A DNA stretch of 18,633 nt, taken from the NCBI GenBank assembly GCA_044229145.1, contig JBGATO010000070.1, forward strand, positions 1 through 18,633. Reading direction: 5' to 3'. Of the stretch, positions 15,508-18,633 are shown one piece after another. The position numbers and the translations under genes are program-made. This DNA is from Candidatus Eiseniibacteriota bacterium. Lineage in GTDB: Bacteria; Eisenbacteria; RBG-16-71-46; CAZEPH01. The notes under the pieces were generated by a model that was given only the letters and a program-made list of their open reading frames with translations, did no database searches and had not been told where the DNA came from. Each line of letters starts with the position of its first letter. Within the stretch, counting starts at the first letter, position 1.

Positions 15508-17499
15508 CTACCGCAGGCTGACGAGTCGCGTTGTCGCGACGTGGTGCGCCCCGGCGGTCAGCCGCAACGTCCACACGCCGGGGCCCAGCCACCGCCGCAC
15601 GTGCGCCTCGGGGAGGCTCCACGCGCCCGCCAGTTCGCCGGGGGGCGCGGTCCACACCGGGCCGCGCCGCCGGCCCGTCGCATCGTAGGCCCAGAGCACC
15701 AGCGCGCCAGAGGCACCGGCGTTGGCCGCAGCGCGTAGTGCGAGCGGCCCCCCGCGCCACGGCGACGGATGCACGGACAGCGCAGGCTCACACCCGGGAC
15801 GCACTGCCTCGGCCTGCGCCACCGGCGCATCCCACCGCGTCAGTGCGGTCACACGGTACGTATCGCCCGCCGCGCCTGCGGCGTCGGTCACCTGCGTGGC
15901 CGTCGTTGCCACCTCCACCAGCTGCCACCCCATCGTGCCCGCGACGTGCCGCTCCACGCGGTAGTTCACGCCCGGCCCCGTGGCCGCGCTCCACGTCACG
16001 ACGGCTCCCGGCCCGCAGCCGGGCGGGGGCTGCACCGTCACGACCTGCGGCCACTCGTAAGCGGCTGGCGACGTGACCGTGGACGTCCCCGCGTCCGCGA
16101 ACGCCGTCGTGCCCCACGTCCCCGCGAGATCGTTGTTCACCACGTAGTTCAGCGAGTCCTGCGCGAGCACCCGGATGCCGTACGCCGTGCGCTGTGCCGC
16201 TGTGGCTCCTTCCAGCGGCCGGCACAGGTTCGACTGCACGGTGCAGCGATCAACGTCGTCTCCGAGGAGAATGCCTGTCCCGGCCGCCGGGCTATCTACA
16301 CCCGCGGCGGTGATGCTGTTGTCGGCGAGCAGCAGATCGGTGGAACTCAGGACCAACACCCCCTCCCGCCCGCTCCGCGTGATCTGGTTGCCGCGCGCCA
16401 CGCAGGCGCGCGGATACCCCCAGAAGCGAAGCCCCACCCGATGCTCCGATGCGGAAAGCCACGCGTGCCCGTGCGCGTGGTTGTCGCGAAACGTGTTGTT
16501 CTCCACCGTCACGTGTTGGAGCGTGCCGCGCAGCCGCTGGTCGAAGTCGGCCGGCAGGTTCGTCCCCGCGCGGTCCGTGGACAGGTCCAGCCCCGTCGCG
16601 TTGTCCACAAACACGCACCCGCTCACCCGCGCGTCGGCGATCGCGCTCTGCGTGAGGTACGTCCCCCAACCCGTGCTGGTGTCCGCTTGCGCGCTCTCCA
16701 GTCGCAGGCCCATCGACGGCGATACGTAGCTCACGCCGGCAGGCGGCGCGGGCGCCAACGTCCGGGAGAAGGTGCAGCCCGTGATCGTCAGGTCCCGGCC
16801 CTCGGTGATCAGGCAGCCCATCGCGCGATTGTCGTCGAACACGCAGCGCCGAATCGTGATCGTGTGCGACAAGGAATCGCCCCCTTCGGGGCACTGTGGT
16901 TGGGGGATGCCGTCGATTGCATAGGTAAGGGTGGAGTAGCACTTGTGCACGAGCAGGCCATAGCCCCAGTGATGCACGCTCGTGAGATCCTCGATCAGCA
17001 CGCGGTGGCTGCCGCGAATATCAATCCCAATGCCGTTTTCCGCCGTGTCATAGGGCGAATGCTCATCGCGAACGCCCAGCAGGGTTCCGCCGCGGATTGT
17101 GACGTCGTGCACGCCGTAGGCGCGAAGGAGGAAATAGCCCGCGGTTGGATCATTTATCTGGTGGATCGCTTTCAACACGGCGCCGGGGGCGAGCGTGAGG
17201 CGGATGTTCGACGGCAAGTCGATGCCCTGGTAACCTCCTCTCCACAAGTCTCCATGCACTTGACCGTCTAGGTAGTAGGTGCCGGCCGGCACGTACACCT
17301 CATTGCAGCCGCTGGCGACCGCGGCCGTGATCGCCGCCTGGAATCGCTCGTGTTGGCTGATCGTGGGAGTGTTGCTGACCGCGTTGTAGTCCTTCACGTT
17401 GACCGGACACTGTGCCATCGCAACGCCCAGCGTGCGCAGCAGCAGCGCTTGAGCAACGACTAATCCCGCAAGGCGTGACCCCACCGAGCGAGTCCTCAT
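15508..17499 (-). CDS. Secreted right-handed parallel beta-helix protein + FN3-like domain + T9SS/FlgD-like CTD; copy B
   Basis: Colinear paralog of 12333-14324. Signal peptide ...LGVAMA-Q; VNVKDYNAV..FQAAITAAV..VYVPAGTY; tail VHPSP..YDATGRR..LGPGVWTL..RLVSLR. Confidence 0.8.
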   Translation of the reverse strand: MRTRSVGSRLAGLVVAQALLLRTLGVAMAQCPVNVKDYNAVSNTPTISQHERFQAAITAAVASGCNEVYVPAGTYYLDGQVHGDLWRGGYQGIDLPSNIRLTLAPGAVLKAIHQINDPTAGYFLLRAYGVHDVTIRGGTLLGVRDEHSPYDTAENGIGIDIRGSHRVLIEDLTSVHHWGYGLLVHKCYSTLTYAIDGIPQPQCPEGGDSLSHTITIRRCVFDDNRAMGCLITEGRDLTITGCTFSRTLAPAPPAGVSYVSPSMGLRLESAQADTSTGWGTYLTQSAIADARVSGCVFVDNATGLDLSTDRAGTNLPADFDQRLRGTLQHVTVENNTFRDNHAHGHAWLSASEHRVGLRFWGYPRACVARGNQITRSGREGVLVLSSTDLLLADNSITAAGVDSPAAGTGILLGDDVDRCTVQSNLCRPLEGATAAQRTAYGIRVLAQDSLNYVVNNDLAGTWGTTAFADAGTSTVTSPAAYEWPQVVTVQPPPGCGPGAVVTWSAATGPGVNYRVERHVAGTMGWQLVEVATTATQVTDAAGAAGDTYRVTALTRWDAPVAQAEAVRPGCEPALSVHPSPWRGGPLALRAAANAGASGALVLWAYDATGRRRGPVWTAPPGELAGAWSLPEAHVRRWLGPGVWTLRLTAGAHHVATTRLVSLR

Positions 17500-18503
17500 C
17501 GGTAGATCGCCTTGATGGCGCCCCAACTCGTAGCGCGTACCGGCACACTGTCATCGTGAAATACTTCGATGCGATGCGCATAGGTGTCGGCCACGTAATA
17601 ATTGCCCTTAGGATCCACGGAGATGCCGAACGGACCGTAAAACTGGCCGAGAGAGTCGCCACATGCACCCCACGCAGTGAGGAAGCCCCCACCAAGTGCG
17701 AACTGCGCAACCCCACATCCTGCACCACCCAGGACCGCAAGTTCTCCAGCCGAAAGGACTGCCACATCCACCGGTCGGTCGTACGTGCCGTTCACAAAGC
17801 TCCGGACGAAGATTCCGTAGCTGGTGAACTCCTGCGTGTTGTTGTTCTCTTGGTCGGTGACGTACACATTTCCTGTGGGGTCGACGGCGATGCCCGAGAG
17901 TTGCGAAAACTGCCCCGCGCCCGAACCGTACGACCCCCATTTCGTGAGGAACTGTCCCGTACCCGAGAACTTCTGCACGCGCCAGCCGGCGGTATCGCCC
18001 ACGTAGACATCCCCCAGAGCATCGACGGCGATCCCATAGGGGCCCGAGCCGCTGCTCATCGCCTTGCGGAATTGCCCATCGCCGGTGCCCGCCTCCCCGA
18101 AGCTGAGGAGGAATTGCCCGTCGCCAGTGAATTTCTGCACGCGGAAGTTGGCGAAGTCCGTGACATATGCCTCCCCGGCGGAGTTGAAGGCGATGGCCGC
18201 GGGAAAGTTGAACTGGCCCGGGCCGCTCCCTTGACTTCCCCACTGGAAGAGAAACTCCCCCAGGGCGCTGAACACTTGAATGCGGTGGTTTCCAGTGTCG
18301 ACCACGTAGACGGAGCCGTTGGGCGCGAGTTCAATCCCTTGTGGATAGGTGAACTCTCCAGGCCCGGTCCCCAGTGTCCCCCACGCCCGCACAAACTGCG
18401 GCGGCGTGTCCGCGGCGTGCGCGGGCGTCGATGCGCTGGACGCGCATAAGAGCAGAAGGGCCGCCAGAACTACCGGAGATTGCCAGTGTGACGAGTAGCG
18501 CAT
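17496..18503 (-). CDS. Secreted NHL-repeat beta-propeller with C-terminal TSWGAIKAIYR motif; copy B
   Basis: GGGAGG RBS before ATG 18503; signal peptide ending AHA-ADTPP; NHL blades; paralog of 14321-15328. Confidence 0.92.
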   Translation of the reverse strand: MRYSSHWQSPVVLAALLLLCASSASTPAHAADTPPQFVRAWGTLGTGPGEFTYPQGIELAPNGSVYVVDTGNHRIQVFSALGEFLFQWGSQGSGPGQFNFPAAIAFNSAGEAYVTDFANFRVQKFTGDGQFLLSFGEAGTGDGQFRKAMSSGSGPYGIAVDALGDVYVGDTAGWRVQKFSGTGQFLTKWGSYGSGAGQFSQLSGIAVDPTGNVYVTDQENNNTQEFTSYGIFVRSFVNGTYDRPVDVAVLSAGELAVLGGAGCGVAQFALGGGFLTAWGACGDSLGQFYGPFGISVDPKGNYYVADTYAHRIEVFHDDSVPVRATSWGAIKAIYR

Positions 18504-18554
18504 GACGTCCTCCCAGGCGATTACCGTGCGGGCCACGAGAGACACCGTGTGACG

Positions 18555-18633
18555 TCAGGTGCCGCGTCCGCGTGCCGGACGGAGACGGAGTAGACCCCGC
18601 GGGCGCGAGTCTCCCGCGCGACGGGCGGGCGTT
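18555..18633 (-). promoter_or_regulatory. Conserved structured upstream element; copy B (runs to the window edge)
   Basis: Differs from 15381-15459 only at 18571 (c versus t at 15397). Confidence 0.6.

Larger units (their letters stand above)
12333..18633. repeat. Diverged direct tandem duplication, period about 3175 bp (12333-15459 and 15508-18633)
   Basis: Gene starts and stops are offset by exactly 3175 (12333/15508, 14321/17496, 15328/18503), and the leader by 3174. Confidence 0.95.

Noticed and set aside
238..17271. Many long antisense or alternate-frame ORFs (e.g. 238-1506, 2514-3764, 5489-6805, 10879-12942, 15769-17271)
   Set aside because: Expected shadow ORFs in high-GC DNA opposite well-supported genes; no recognisable motifs.
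12333..17499. Identical lengths of paralogs (663/663 aa and 335/335 aa) despite indels
   Set aside because: Indels in separate loops (+1, +1, -5, +3 in the beta-helix) sum to zero. No mechanism is evident, so it is most likely coincidence.
12333..18633. Diversity-generating retroelement (TR/VR pair) explanation for the duplicated genes
   Set aside because: No reverse transcriptase in the window, both copies are full-length intact genes, and the differences include indels and all substitution types rather than adenine-specific changes.

Overview
High-GC bacterial chromosomal segment. The murA GGCAWGPRP loop, a PNGase F-II-like gene and the C-terminal sorting-type tails suggest an FCB-group organism such as Ca. 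Eisenbacteria or a relative; this is inference only. Left part, minus strand: RCK potassium channel, DAACS symporter, PNGase F-II-like amidase, and a lower-GC NucS-type PD-(D/E)XK nuclease that runs off the window and is missing from the ORF track. Middle: cytochrome c plus PQQ-type sugar dehydrogenase, a small membrane protein, SAM methyltransferase plus Rieske oxygenase, then alpha/beta hydrolase-prmC-murA (murA has a probable 48-aa acidic N-terminal extension). Right third: a diverged tandem duplication (period about 3175 bp) of a unit made of a near-invariant structured leader, a secreted NHL beta-propeller ending in T[TS]WGxIKAIYR, and a translationally coupled secreted beta-helix + FN3-like + T9SS/FlgD-like CTD protein. 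The 79-nt leader is 78/79 identical between copies while nearby sequence has diverged. The leader and the two-signal secreted pair are the most interesting items.
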